From a virus (lineage: Duplodnaviria; Caudoviricetes), in the IMG/VR virus record IMGVR_UViG_3300005512_002955, positions 1 to 63,932 of that record: 63,932 nucleotides of DNA. The stretch is one strand, 5' to 3'. How positions within the stretch are numbered: the stretch's first letter is position 1; each line of letters opens with the position of its first letter. The notes beneath the pieces are model-generated. The model had not been told where the DNA came from. It worked only from the letters and a program-made list of their open reading frames with translations, and did not search any database. The position numbers and the translations under genes are program-made. Shown here piece by piece: positions 19,088 through 29,354 of the stretch.

Positions 19088-19843
19088 ATGGCAGTAAGAT
19101 ATCCACTAATTATAGATGCAACTGATAATAACAAAATTAAGGAAATTCCCCTTAATGACAGTTTGAACCTTAGCACCAACAGTATTGTAAATGCTGTTAA
19201 TATAACTGCTAGTGGAACGCTTACAGTTGGCAGTTTAGTAGTTGATAGTTCTAACGTAAACATAAATGGGATAGATCTTGCAACTGTCGCTCTAACAAAC
19301 AGTTATACAGATTTAAGTAATAGACCTTCATTGTTTGATGGACAATATAGTTCATTAACTGGTAGACCTACTATTCCAACAACAATAGAAACACTAGCCA
19401 ATGTTGGAAGCACATCTCCTACAAATGGCCAAGCATTAATATATAATGCTACATTGGGTAGATACGAACCAGGCGATCTCGCAGATGTTACCGTTGACTT
19501 AACAAGTCAAAGCATAAGTGAACTTAGTGATGTTGTAACTATATCAAATGCTCTAAATCAAGTTCTTAAATGGAATGGTGCAGCTTTTGTAAACGGTAAC
19601 GTAGATTTTACAGAATTATCTGGAGCGGCAAATGTTGTAGAACAAGGTGATACATTCACAGGACCTACTATAGGTTTACATACAGGAGATGTCAAAGGTT
19701 CAGTATTTGCAGATGATTCAACATTGCTTGTAGATGGTATTAACGGAACTATACCAGGCTATATAAGTATAGCATCACTAAAAAGTATTGTAGCTGGAGC
19801 GGCATCCTACGGAGATTTTCAAACAGCCATAGCGGCATTGTAA
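19088..19843 (+). CDS. putative tail-fibre/structural protein
   Basis: TAAATA 19064-19069 upstream; SYTDLSNRP and LSDV fibre motifs; GSVFADDST motif. Confidence 0.75.
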   Translation: MAVRYPLIIDATDNNKIKEIPLNDSLNLSTNSIVNAVNITASGTLTVGSLVVDSSNVNINGIDLATVALTNSYTDLSNRPSLFDGQYSSLTGRPTIPTTIETLANVGSTSPTNGQALIYNATLGRYEPGDLADVTVDLTSQSISELSDVVTISNALNQVLKWNGAAFVNGNVDFTELSGAANVVEQGDTFTGPTIGLHTGDVKGSVFADDSTLLVDGINGTIPGYISIASLKSIVAGAASYGDFQTAIAAL

Positions 19844-19854
19844 CGGAGACATGA

Positions 19855-20559
19855 ATGACTATACAAACAATTAACATAGGAAATATTGCAAACGATGGAA
19901 CCGGTGATGATCTTCGTGAAGCGTTTGCAAAAGTAAACAGTAATTTTTCAGAACTGGATACAAAGTTAAGTATAGCAGAAGGTTCAGAAGGTGAGAACCT
20001 TGGTATAGGCGAAGGCATTTTTGCACAAAAAAGCGACAATACACTACAGTTTAGAAGTATTGTAGCAGGATCAAATATAAGTTTAAGTGGAGGCGGCAAT
20101 AGTTTAACTATCACAGGTGATGCAGCACTTAAACAATTAATTGTTGTATCCGATAGTGGTAGTGTGGTAATACCAGCTGGCAACCAAACTATTAGAATCC
20201 AAGGTGGAAATAATACATTAACAAGAGTAACTTCAGAAGATGTGTTTATTGATGTTCAAGGAGACGGTTTAGTAGAACTAGATACAAGTCCTACGCTAGG
20301 TGGATCTTTAGACGCCAATGCTTTTAACATCACACAAGCAAATACTATAAGTGCAACATCTTTTATTGGTAATGTAACTGGACTAGTAAATGGTATTGAT
20401 GTAACAGATTTAAATACTTTCTTATTTGGATTTGACTTTGGTGCTATGACACCTACCGCTAGTAGTTTTTCTGATTGGTTAGTATTAAATTTAGATGTTG
20501 ATTTTGGGTCTATATTAGTACCAAATGCTACAAATGTTGATCAAGGTGCATTAGTATAA
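19855..20559 (+). CDS. baseplate protein with gp9/gp10-like N-terminus
   Basis: TINIGNIANDGTGDDLREAFAKVNSNFSEL; DTSPTLGGSLD motif. Confidence 0.8.
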   Translation: MTIQTINIGNIANDGTGDDLREAFAKVNSNFSELDTKLSIAEGSEGENLGIGEGIFAQKSDNTLQFRSIVAGSNISLSGGGNSLTITGDAALKQLIVVSDSGSVVIPAGNQTIRIQGGNNTLTRVTSEDVFIDVQGDGLVELDTSPTLGGSLDANAFNITQANTISATSFIGNVTGLVNGIDVTDLNTFLFGFDFGAMTPTASSFSDWLVLNLDVDFGSILVPNATNVDQGALV

Positions 20560-20588
20560 CTCCGATAAATACAATATAAGGAGTACAT

Positions 20589-23138
20589 ATGGCAGACTTT
20601 TGGACATTGCAATCTGAAAAAACGCTTGCAACAATAGAAGAACGGAAAACCCTTACAATAGCATTGCCGTTGAATGGCAGATATCTGCCACTAGAATCTA
20701 CTGGAATGACAATAAGTGTAATTGCTGGTGAAGTTCCTCGTGGCATGCGCCTTGACGGTGCAAATTTCATAGGAACTCCGTTTGAAGTAGTTAGAGATAC
20801 AAAGTATACTTTTGTTGTAAGAGCCAAACTAGGCGATGTTGTTTCTGACAGAACTTACAGTGTAATAGTTGTAGGTGCAGACGATCCAGTTTGGACAACT
20901 CCTGAAGATCTCTTACCAGTGGGTAACAACGATACTTATTTTATCATCGACAGCAGTCCTTTAGATTTTCAGTTAGTGGCAACTGATCCAGATGTATCTG
21001 CTGGTGACAATCTCGAATATTTTTTACAAACGGGAGATTTACCTCCTGGAATACAACTAACAGTAGATGGTAGATTAGTAGGTGTGGTAGACCCTATACT
21101 TGCGTTAGAAAAACCTGCAGGCAGTGGTCATTATGACTCAAATGTGTATGGAACATTTCCATATGATTTTGGCGTAAGATCTGGCAACGGTTTTGATAGT
21201 TTCTTTTATGATGTTTCTACGTTTGATCTATCAACACCAACTAAAAGTCCACGTAAATTAAATAGATACTATGAATTTACGGTTAGGGTTTCAGATGGAG
21301 ATAATACAACAGACAGAACATTTAAAATCTATGTTGTAGGAGACGATTTCCTTAGATCAGATAACACAGTGATGCAGGTTGCCAATGGATTGTTTACTGC
21401 TGATGTTACCAACGTAAGAAATCCAATATGGCTTACTCCGAGAAACTTTGGATTTAGAAGAGCAAACAATTATGTAACTCTTTACCTTGATACTATTGAT
21501 CCTAATGATGTAACTGGTATTACCACTTACTCACTTCTTGCAACAAATGATGATGGTAGTGCAAGTGCATTACCTCCAGGAATGCAACTAGACGAACAGT
21601 CAGGCGAAATTGCAGGGCGTGTACCATATCAACCTGCAGTAACTATAGAATATAAATTTAGTATTAGAGCAACTAGAACACAGGTAAATGCTACAGAAGC
21701 TCCACCATTCAAAGACAAAACTTTTACAGTTAAATTACTTGGAGAAATAGATAGTGTTTTGCAATGGACTAGCAATCCTAATCTAGGATTAATAAGCAGT
21801 AACTATGTAAGTACGTTATCTATTAGTGCAACGTCCACTGTACCAAATGCTAATTTACTTTATGTGCTAGAAAGCGGAACATTACCTCCGGGATTAAGAC
21901 TAGGTCCAGATGGCGAGTTAATAGGAAAGATTAATAGTTTTGGAACAGCAGATGCTCCTGGACTAACAGTATTTGACAGTCAAAATCTTACTTTTGATGG
22001 AAACACTACTTCTGTTGATAGAGAATTTAAATTCACAGCATCTGTTAGAGATCATTTTGGTTACAGTAAAATTGAAAGAGAATTTACAATTAGTGTAACT
22101 GATCCTGACGACAAACTGTACAGTAATATTTTTGTAAGGCCATTTCTAAAACAATCACAAAGAGACGCTTTAACATCTATTGTTACTGATAATAATATTT
22201 TCGATGCTACTAAAATTTATAGACCTAATGATCCTAATTTTGGTTTACAAAAAAATCTACAGATGCTTATATATGCTGGAATAGAAACTAAACTAATTGA
22301 ATACTATGTTTCAGCTGTAGCAAAAAATCATATAAGGAAAAAATTTAAACTAGGAGAAGTAAAAACTGCTATTGCAAAAACTCCTGGTACAGACAATATT
22401 GTTTACGAAGTTGTGTACGTAGAAGTTATAGATCCTGCTGAAAGCACGACAGGTAAAACAAAAAATAAAATTACTATAAACAACAAACAAGAGATAAGTG
22501 TAGATCAAGAAAGGTATACTTCTGATGGTTATACTGTTGCAGGAGAAGCGATTGATTTATATGATCCGGACATTTTGACGGTAGGTACAAGACGTTTTAG
22601 TAATGTTACAATAGAATTCCTTCCTAGTTTGACTATAACAACTAGAGATGGCAATATTTTAACTATTCCAACAAGTGATGGATTTTATGTAGGTATTCGA
22701 GATCAGTTAGATAGTTTGGTAGAATTACAAACAGGAACTTTTGAACCTTATAGATTTAGACCAACACCTGAAAATACAATAAGGGTTGATAGCGATGCTT
22801 TAACTATTGATGGGAAAAATGACCTTACCCGTTACATATCTAACATAAGCAATATGCGTAACAATATTAAAGAACTAGGCGAAACAGAAATAAACTATTT
22901 GCCTTTGTGGATGAGAACAGCACAGCCAGGCAGTATTGCAAGATTAGGATACATTACCGCTATTCCGCTAGTATATACTAAACCTGGACAAAGCACCAGT
23001 ATTAAATTGGCAATAGATAATGCTGGAATTAAGTTTAATCAATTTAACTACGATATTGATAGATATGTGATAGATACTACAGAAGGCAATTCTCAAGAAC
23101 AATATATTGCTTTCGCAAATTACAAATTCAATGTTTAA
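20589..23138 (+). CDS. putative baseplate protein with Ig-like (He_PIG-type) repeats
   Basis: LPPG(I/M/L)(Q/R)L...G..(V/A/I)G repeats; TAAATA 20566-20571 and AAGGAG SD. Confidence 0.7.
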   Translation: MADFWTLQSEKTLATIEERKTLTIALPLNGRYLPLESTGMTISVIAGEVPRGMRLDGANFIGTPFEVVRDTKYTFVVRAKLGDVVSDRTYSVIVVGADDPVWTTPEDLLPVGNNDTYFIIDSSPLDFQLVATDPDVSAGDNLEYFLQTGDLPPGIQLTVDGRLVGVVDPILALEKPAGSGHYDSNVYGTFPYDFGVRSGNGFDSFFYDVSTFDLSTPTKSPRKLNRYYEFTVRVSDGDNTTDRTFKIYVVGDDFLRSDNTVMQVANGLFTADVTNVRNPIWLTPRNFGFRRANNYVTLYLDTIDPNDVTGITTYSLLATNDDGSASALPPGMQLDEQSGEIAGRVPYQPAVTIEYKFSIRATRTQVNATEAPPFKDKTFTVKLLGEIDSVLQWTSNPNLGLISSNYVSTLSISATSTVPNANLLYVLESGTLPPGLRLGPDGELIGKINSFGTADAPGLTVFDSQNLTFDGNTTSVDREFKFTASVRDHFGYSKIEREFTISVTDPDDKLYSNIFVRPFLKQSQRDALTSIVTDNNIFDATKIYRPNDPNFGLQKNLQMLIYAGIETKLIEYYVSAVAKNHIRKKFKLGEVKTAIAKTPGTDNIVYEVVYVEVIDPAESTTGKTKNKITINNKQEISVDQERYTSDGYTVAGEAIDLYDPDILTVGTRRFSNVTIEFLPSLTITTRDGNILTIPTSDGFYVGIRDQLDSLVELQTGTFEPYRFRPTPENTIRVDSDALTIDGKNDLTRYISNISNMRNNIKELGETEINYLPLWMRTAQPGSIARLGYITAIPLVYTKPGQSTSIKLAIDNAGIKFNQFNYDIDRYVIDTTEGNSQEQYIAFANYKFNV

Positions 23139-23168
23139 CAATGATAAATATACTTGGAGAAAAGAAAT

Positions 23169-23729
23169 ATGGCAAGTAACATAAACAGCACTGATATTGA
23201 TGGATTGTATCCTGTAGCAGGACAGGATAATGATAGCCAGGGCTTTAGAGATAATTTTACAACTATAAAAAATAGTCTAGCAACTGCAAAAACAGAGATT
23301 ACTAGTCTACAAGAGAATACTGCAAAACTTAACGCAAGTAATGATTTTGGTGGTAACGATTTGTCTGGTGCAAATTTAATTGCCAATAGTGAAGAAATTG
23401 CTAATAAAGGCTCTATTGGTACAAGCCAGGCGATTAACTGGACAGATGGAAACTATCAAACTGTACAGATTACAGCAGATTCATTAGTATTAACTTTTGA
23501 TGAGTGGCCAGAATCAGGTAAGTTAGGACAAATGCGTCTTGCTGTGACATCTGATGCTAGCGGTCCTTACAATGTTACATTTGCATCAAGTGGTGGCACG
23601 TTAAAATATGACGCATCTTTCCCTGCCCCATTTACTATTAATTCAGAAACAAATCCAAAAATCATAGAAGTTTGGACAACAAATTCAGGCACAACTGTGT
23701 TTGCAAGATACATAGGCGAATATTCATAA
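23169..23729 (+). CDS. putative structural protein (start revised to ATG 23169)
   Basis: TAAATA 23145-23150, GGAG SD; YPVAGQDNDSQGFRDNF N-terminus. Confidence 0.7.
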   Translation: MASNINSTDIDGLYPVAGQDNDSQGFRDNFTTIKNSLATAKTEITSLQENTAKLNASNDFGGNDLSGANLIANSEEIANKGSIGTSQAINWTDGNYQTVQITADSLVLTFDEWPESGKLGQMRLAVTSDASGPYNVTFASSGGTLKYDASFPAPFTINSETNPKIIEVWTTNSGTTVFARYIGEYS

Positions 23730-23730
23730 T

Positions 23731-23964
23731 ATGTCTCATCCTTTGTATGATGACGCAAAAAATCTTACTGAAAATGAACTTTCAGAAAAAATTGCAACAC
23801 TTTCAAAAAAGTACTGGCAAACTAATAATAGTGAAGTAAAATCACAAATTTTGTTGATCTTAGATGATCTAAAAGAAGAACAACGTTCGCGTATACAAAA
23901 AAGTATGCAAAATTCTTTAGATGATGACAATAAAGATCTTGACAATCTTATTAACATCAGTTAA
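23731..23964 (+). CDS. hypothetical protein
   Basis: 77-aa ORF tightly packed in the operon. Confidence 0.7.
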   Translation: MSHPLYDDAKNLTENELSEKIATLSKKYWQTNNSEVKSQILLILDDLKEEQRSRIQKSMQNSLDDDNKDLDNLINIS

Positions 23965-23967
23965 TAT
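23939..23967 (+). promoter_or_regulatory. sigma70-type promoter giving a probably leaderless DnaE-fragment mRNA
   Basis: TTGACA(23939-23944)-N17-TAATAT(23962-23967), 6 nt before ATG 23974, no SD. Confidence 0.55.
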
Positions 23968-23973
23968 ATACTA

Positions 23974-24495
23974 ATGCTTATGAAAACAGACGACCTCGGT
24001 ATACCACGATTTAGTAATCGCGACTTAATAGATATGATATATAGTGGTCATGCGGACAAAGTTCACGTAGTACTATGCGATGCAGATGACGATTTAGACA
24101 AGTTCAATGCCGCTATGGAAGAACAAGGTTTTGACAAACTACAGAAGTATATCCCATTAGATGTAGATCAAAAGACTTTTGACGGTGTATGTCAAAGTGA
24201 ATGGTTTATGCCTGACAAATATAAAGAAATCGATGTAGAACAATATGTAATAAACAAATGTGAATTAGATATAGAACAACAAAGAGCATTTGCTGAATTA
24301 CAAGAATTCCACAAACGTGGCATGACAAACTTGTTACGCTACATGATCTATCTTGTAGACTTTATGCGTGAGAACAACATTGTATGGGGTGTAGGACGTG
24401 GATCAAGTGTAGCAAGTTATGTGTTATATTTGATCGGGGTGCATCGTATAAATTCAATCCAATATGACCTGGATTGGCGAGAGTTCCTTAGATAA
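23974..24495 (+). CDS. stand-alone fragment of DNA polymerase III alpha (DnaE)
   Basis: VWGVGRGSSVASYVLYLIGVHRINSIQYDLDWREFLR matches DnaE GPGRGSAAGSLVAY.LGIT.IDP..Y.LLFERF; stops before the catalytic PDIDxD. Confidence 0.85.
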   Translation: MLMKTDDLGIPRFSNRDLIDMIYSGHADKVHVVLCDADDDLDKFNAAMEEQGFDKLQKYIPLDVDQKTFDGVCQSEWFMPDKYKEIDVEQYVINKCELDIEQQRAFAELQEFHKRGMTNLLRYMIYLVDFMRENNIVWGVGRGSSVASYVLYLIGVHRINSIQYDLDWREFLR

Positions 24496-24522
24496 GTAAG
24501 CATATAACAGGAGGTATCACAT

Positions 24523-24852
24523 ATGCCAATGAAACAAACAGGACGTAAAGTCTATAAAACAATGCAGGGTAAATCTATTGATATGGATTTACTGCGTCAA
24601 AAAAACGAACTTACTCCAGCAGTAGGAAATGCTCGTGTCAATGCACGTGGCGACGAATTAGGCCCAGGTGGTAAAATTATTCGTACTAGAGAACAAATAC
24701 TTGCTGATCACAGAGCTGAAAACCCAGGAGTAACTGATGAATTACCTGTAGCAAAAGACGAACAGGTTACATCTTCACCGGATCCACTAGAAGTTACTAA
24801 CGAGGATTGGGTAGAAGATGATGATGGCAACTTTGTACAAAAAGGTGACTAA
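24523..24852 (+). CDS. hypothetical protein
   Basis: TAAGTA 24493-24498 and AGGAGG SD; AVGNARVNARGDELGPGG motif. Confidence 0.75.
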   Translation: MPMKQTGRKVYKTMQGKSIDMDLLRQKNELTPAVGNARVNARGDELGPGGKIIRTREQILADHRAENPGVTDELPVAKDEQVTSSPDPLEVTNEDWVEDDDGNFVQKGD

Positions 24853-25206
24853 ATGGCAATTAACATAAACCGTATTAAGGCAGATATAAGACCTATTAAA
24901 AATAGAGTGCTTGTCTGTGATATGCACTTTGGAGAGCAAAAGACAGCAAGTGGTTTGATCATTTCAAACGATGACGGAACGTCAAGAGGAATATATCCTC
25001 GTTGGGGTAAAGTTTATGCTAAAGGTCCAGACAACACAGATGAATATTATATTGGAGACTGGATTCTTGTTGAACACGGCCGTTGGACAAGAGGTGTTGA
25101 TATTGATAATGGTAAACAAGAACTTACTGTAAGAATGGTAGAGGCAGAAAGTGTACTAGCATTTTCTAAAGAAAAACCAGCAGATGTATACATTGGAAAT
25201 GAATAG
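24853..25206 (+). CDS. groES: co-chaperonin GroES-like
   Basis: IRPIKNRVLV, EQKTASGLII, GKVYAKGP, GDWILV pattern. Confidence 0.75.
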   Translation: MAININRIKADIRPIKNRVLVCDMHFGEQKTASGLIISNDDGTSRGIYPRWGKVYAKGPDNTDEYYIGDWILVEHGRWTRGVDIDNGKQELTVRMVEAESVLAFSKEKPADVYIGNE

Positions 25207-25214
25207 AGGCTAAA

Positions 25215-25619
25215 TTGACACAAGTAGATTTAAATAAGTATAAAGACTTTGTAGAACAAGTAACAAGTGAACAAAGTAACAATGTTGCAAACATGCATCA
25301 TAGAATGGTAGAGATTAGCGAAAAGGTTAATCCAGCATTGCTACTAACAGGAGCAATTGGTATTGCTTCAGAAGGAGGAGAGTTCAGTGAAATTGTTAAA
25401 AAATGTATCTTCCAGGGTAAACCAATGGATGATGAAACTGTCTTTCATTGCAAACGAGAACTTGGCGATATTATGTGGTATTGGATTAATAGTTGCCGCG
25501 CATTGGGTCTCGATCCTAATGAAGTCGTAGCAGAAAATGTAAACAAACTCAAAGCTCGTTATCCAGGCGGAGAGTTTGATGTTTATTATTCAGAAAACAG
25601 AAAACAAGGAGATCTATAA
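25215..25619 (+). CDS. mazG: MazG-like NTP pyrophosphohydrolase
   Basis: GIASEGGEFSEIVKK, RELGDIMWY, NVNKLKARYP. Confidence 0.85.
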   Translation: MTQVDLNKYKDFVEQVTSEQSNNVANMHHRMVEISEKVNPALLLTGAIGIASEGGEFSEIVKKCIFQGKPMDDETVFHCKRELGDIMWYWINSCRALGLDPNEVVAENVNKLKARYPGGEFDVYYSENRKQGDL

Positions 25620-26290
25620 TGGTTACAATTACAGAAGCTCGTAGAGGCTATGATGAAGGCCTCAGAGAATTTATGCTTAACATGTACAATCATACAGCTG
25701 CAGGACTTGCTGTAAGTGGCACGGTAGCATGGTTAGTTTATTCAACAGGAATGCTTGCGGCACTAGCCGGAGCGTTTTGGTTCTTTGCACTGGCACCACT
25801 AGGCATGATTTTTTGGTATGCATTTGCAGGACAAAATTGGAGTTACGATAAACTTCGAACATTTTATTATGCTTTTACAGCGGTAATGGGCGTAGGATTT
25901 GCTCCTATCTTTGCTGTATATACAGGTGCAAGTATTGCACAGGTATTTTTTATTACTGCCGCAACATTTGCCGGCGCAAGTTTATGGGGTTACACTACAA
26001 AACGTGACCTAACAGGCTTTGGACATTTCTTGTTCATGGGTCTTATTGGTATTATTATTGCGAGTATTGTTAATTTGTTTATGGCAAGTTCAGCAATGAT
26101 GTTTACTATTAGTGTATTGGGTGTGTTTATCTTTACAGGCTTAACAGCGTGGGATACACAAAGAGCAAAGCAAATTTATATGGAACACGGGGGCGATCCA
26201 CGCTATGGTGTACAGTTTGCAATCAGCTTATATTTAAATTTTGTAAATCTATTCCAAATGTTGCTTTCACTTTTGGGCAACAGAGAATAA
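25619..26290 (+). CDS. Bax inhibitor-1/YccA family membrane protein
   Basis: About 7 TM segments; YTGASIAQVFFITAATF, GYTTKRDL, TAWDTQ, AISLYLNFVNLF. Confidence 0.9.
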   Translation: MVTITEARRGYDEGLREFMLNMYNHTAAGLAVSGTVAWLVYSTGMLAALAGAFWFFALAPLGMIFWYAFAGQNWSYDKLRTFYYAFTAVMGVGFAPIFAVYTGASIAQVFFITAATFAGASLWGYTTKRDLTGFGHFLFMGLIGIIIASIVNLFMASSAMMFTISVLGVFIFTGLTAWDTQRAKQIYMEHGGDPRYGVQFAISLYLNFVNLFQMLLSLLGNRE

Positions 26291-26297
26291 ATTTCAC

Positions 26298-26344
26298 TTG
26301 ACTCCTAGCAATTATTACGCTATAATGTAATAAATTGTTAGGAG
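26298..26344 (+). promoter_or_regulatory. sigma70 promoter embedded in a long inverted repeat that sequesters the downstream SD
   Basis: TTGACT(26298-26303)-N17-TATAAT(26321-26326); arms CTCCTAGCAATT-ATTAC / GTAAT-A-AATTGTTAGGAG. Confidence 0.75.
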
Positions 26345-26351
26345 TTTTCTT

Positions 26352-26894
26352 TTGGCTACACATGGAATGATAGATTTGGAAACACTGGGTGTTGAACCCG
26401 ACAGTGTTGTTATGACTTTAGGTGCTATAAAGTTTGATCCATTTTCAAATACTGAACCTCATACACCATTATATCTACGTGGCGATGTTGAAGAACAATC
26501 AGAACAATACGGAAGAAGCATAGATGACAACACACTTGCATGGTGGAGCAAACAGCCACAAGCAATTCAAGACGAAGCATTTGGTGAACACGCTGATCGT
26601 GTAACTGTACAGGAAATGTTACGACAACTAAACAAATGGGCAGTAGGATTAGATTATATTTGGTGTCAAGGTCCTACATTTGACTTTGTTATTCTACAAA
26701 ATTTATACAAGGCAGCACAAAAACCTGTGCCTTGGAATTATTGGCAGATAAGAGATAGTCGTACACTTTTTGCTATGATGCCTCAAGATCCACGTAAGGC
26801 AATACAAGAAGAACTTCATAATGCATTGGCAGATTGTTACTATCAAGCAAAATGTGTGCAACAGTCATATAAACACTTTGGTGTTTTGAAATGA
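26352..26894 (+). CDS. DEDDh 3'-5' exonuclease
   Basis: MIDLETLG, WCQGPTFD, RDSRTL, HNALADC. Confidence 0.88.
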   Translation: MATHGMIDLETLGVEPDSVVMTLGAIKFDPFSNTEPHTPLYLRGDVEEQSEQYGRSIDDNTLAWWSKQPQAIQDEAFGEHADRVTVQEMLRQLNKWAVGLDYIWCQGPTFDFVILQNLYKAAQKPVPWNYWQIRDSRTLFAMMPQDPRKAIQEELHNALADCYYQAKCVQQSYKHFGVLK

Positions 26895-27265
26895 CAAAGC
26901 GGCCGGACAATTTTGCAGAAAATGCAAATGTTCTGCCATATGGTACAAATGTAGGTGCACCGAGTATTACTGTGCCTGATGTTGGTAAGTTTAAAGAACG
27001 TATACCTTTAGCAAACCATCATCTACAACAAAGATTAGATGAATTAAAAAATGAATATGAGCAACTATTATCTCTTGCAAAAGATACAGAACTATGTTAT
27101 AATGCAAGATATAACTTTGTTCCGATAGTAGGAGAAAAGTATTTTATGTATTGGACTGGTACAGATTACATATTGAGTTTGATTGAACCTGAAAGATGGA
27201 ATAGATATGAATTTGTCGGTGCGTATGTACATGAAACAAATAACACTTGGAAGAGGCAAGAATGA
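26891..27265 (+). CDS. hypothetical protein (DUF2452-like)
   Basis: LPYGTNVGAP and YNARYNFVPIVG..Y..Y...LSLIEP..W pattern. Confidence 0.55.
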   Translation: MTKRPDNFAENANVLPYGTNVGAPSITVPDVGKFKERIPLANHHLQQRLDELKNEYEQLLSLAKDTELCYNARYNFVPIVGEKYFMYWTGTDYILSLIEPERWNRYEFVGAYVHETNNTWKRQE

Positions 27266-28176
27266 AAGAACTATGGGTAGAAAAATATCGTCCTAAAACA
27301 ATAGACGGCTATGTTTTTAGAGATGAAGCACAACGTAAACAGGTACAAACATGGATCAAAGACAAAACAATTCCGCACTTACTGTTTTCAGGCAATGCTG
27401 GAATCGGAAAAACAACATTGGCAAAATTGTTGTTCAACGAGTTAGAAGTCAACGATCTAGACGTATTGGAAATCAACGCTAGTCGAACAAACTCAGTAGA
27501 TGATGTTCGTGACAAAATTGTAAACTTTGTACAAATGATTCCATTTGGTGACTTTAAGGTTGTGCTACTAGATGAGGCTGATTATCTATCGCCAAACGCA
27601 CAAGCCGCACTACGTGGTGTGATGGAAGAATATCATACAACAGCAAGATTTATTCTTACTTGCAATTATCCAAACAAAATTATTCCTGCACTACATTCAA
27701 GATGTCAAGGTTTTCATATTGCAAAAATTGATCAAACAGAGTTTACAGCAAGAGTTGCAGAGATTCTAATTACGGAAGGTGTACAACCTGATCTTGACAC
27801 ACTTGACACATATGTAAAAGCAACCTATCCAGACTTGCGTAAGTGTATTAACATGGTACAGATGAACGTGCAAGACAACAGTTTGCTAAAACCCAATGAA
27901 GGTGACACAGGCGAAAGTGACTGGAAACTGGATATGGTTGAATTGTTTAAAGCAGGTGAAATTACAAAGGCAAGAAAATTACTTTGCGGAAGTGTACGTC
28001 CAGAAGAGATGGAAGAAATCTATCGTTGGCTGTATGACAATATTGAACTGTTTGGTGATGAAGAAAAACAAGATCAAGCAGTGTTAATTATAAAGCAAGG
28101 TTTGGTAGATCATACACTTGTTGTTGATCCTGAAATTAACTTAGCGGCAACGCTTATTAGATTAGCGAGGTTATAG
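27262..28176 (+). CDS. clamp-loader AAA+ subunit (T4 gp44/RFC-like); start revised to ATG 27262
   Basis: LWVEKYRP, Walker [26 protein letters not shown] motif. Confidence 0.92.
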   Translation: MKELWVEKYRPKTIDGYVFRDEAQRKQVQTWIKDKTIPHLLFSGNAGIGKTTLAKLLFNELEVNDLDVLEINASRTNSVDDVRDKIVNFVQMIPFGDFKVVLLDEADYLSPNAQAALRGVMEEYHTTARFILTCNYPNKIIPALHSRCQGFHIAKIDQTEFTARVAEILITEGVQPDLDTLDTYVKATYPDLRKCINMVQMNVQDNSLLKPNEGDTGESDWKLDMVELFKAGEITKARKLLCGSVRPEEMEEIYRWLYDNIELFGDEEKQDQAVLIIKQGLVDHTLVVDPEINLAATLIRLARL

Positions 28177-28529
28177 TGAGTTACTTTGTAACAGATAATT
28201 GTATTAAATGCAAACATATGGACTGTGTTGATGTATGTCCTGTTGATTGTTTTTACGAAGGTGAAAACATGTTAGTTATTAATCCATTAGAATGTATTGA
28301 TTGCGGTGTATGCGAACCAGAATGTCCAGTAGATGCTATTGTACCAGACCATGCACTTGATAATGAAAAACAGACATATTGGGAACTATTTAATCAAAAA
28401 TATTCCGACCAATGGCCTAACATAACCAAAAAGAGGCCAGAAGATGTACCTTCTGATGCTGACCAATGGAATGGTGTATCAAACAAAGTAGAGGAGCATT
28501 TCAGTGAAAAACCAGGTAAAGGTGACTAA
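28176..28529 (+). CDS. fdxA: FdxA-type dicluster ferredoxin
   Basis: [18 protein letters not shown] and [12 protein letters not shown]; C-terminal WPNIT...PGKGD tail. Confidence 0.9.
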   Translation: MSYFVTDNCIKCKHMDCVDVCPVDCFYEGENMLVINPLECIDCGVCEPECPVDAIVPDHALDNEKQTYWELFNQKYSDQWPNITKKRPEDVPSDADQWNGVSNKVEEHFSEKPGKGD

Positions 28530-28704
28530 AAATAAAAAACTACTAAATGATATTGTACGCATTAGTGTTCTTGAAGAAGAAGTTGAATATTATAAAACTC
28601 TGCTTCAACCGCACGATACAGGACACATACATACAGCAATTAGTTTTATCAAAGACAGAATTAGAATTTTAAAAGGAGGAGAGAAAGAATGGCCGTTCGA
28701 ATAA
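28522..28704 (+). CDS. hypothetical protein
   Basis: GTG start overlapping ferredoxin; DTGHIHTAI motif. Confidence 0.6.
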   Translation: MTKNKKLLNDIVRISVLEEEVEYYKTLLQPHDTGHIHTAISFIKDRIRILKGGEKEWPFE

Positions 28705-29354
28705 TTAGTTATTCTCAACCAGTAGAAGGAGTAACTGCTGAACACTTAAGAGATATTCAAGACTTAGTCGCATATTGTGCAAGAGTTAGCAACCCAAGCA
28801 ATCAAATGAATAAAGAAACTAGTGAAAAATTAATTAAGTATTTGATTAAACATGCTCACTGGTCGCCGTTAGAGATGGTTAGTGCTTGTTTAGAAATTGA
28901 TACTACTAGAGATATTGCGCACCAAATTGTGCGACATCGTTCATTTAGTTTCCAGGAGTTTAGTCAACGATATGCTGATCCAGCTGAGTTTGGTAATCAG
29001 TTTGTTCTGCGTGAAGCTCGTTTGCAAGATACAAAGAATCGTCAGAATAGTATTGATGTAGATGATCCAAAGCTATCAGCAGAATGGAGAATGAGACAAC
29101 AAGACGTAATCGACAAAGCAAAAGAACATTACAATTGGGCTATTGATAATGGCATTGCTAAAGAACAGGCTCGTGCTGTATTACCTGAAGGCAACACTAA
29201 GACACGATTGTATATGAACGGCACATTGCGTTCTTGGATTCACTATATCGAATTGCGTGGTGCTAACGGTACCCAAAAAGAACATATGGATATTGCACAC
29301 GCCTGTGCAAAAGTAATTGCAACAATCTTTCCCTTGGCGAATGAACTACATTGA
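28689..29354 (+). CDS. thyX: flavin-dependent thymidylate synthase
   Basis: HWSPLE, RHRSFSFQEFSQRY (RHRxxSxxxxSxR), EQARAVLP. Confidence 0.95.
   Translation: MAVRIISYSQPVEGVTAEHLRDIQDLVAYCARVSNPSNQMNKETSEKLIKYLIKHAHWSPLEMVSACLEIDTTRDIAHQIVRHRSFSFQEFSQRYADPAEFGNQFVLREARLQDTKNRQNSIDVDDPKLSAEWRMRQQDVIDKAKEHYNWAIDNGIAKEQARAVLPEGNTKTRLYMNGTLRSWIHYIELRGANGTQKEHMDIAHACAKVIATIFPLANELH

Noticed and set aside
10062-20559. Diversity-generating retroelement acting on fibre genes
   Set aside because: No reverse transcriptase and no template/variable repeat pair differing at adenines was seen in the window.
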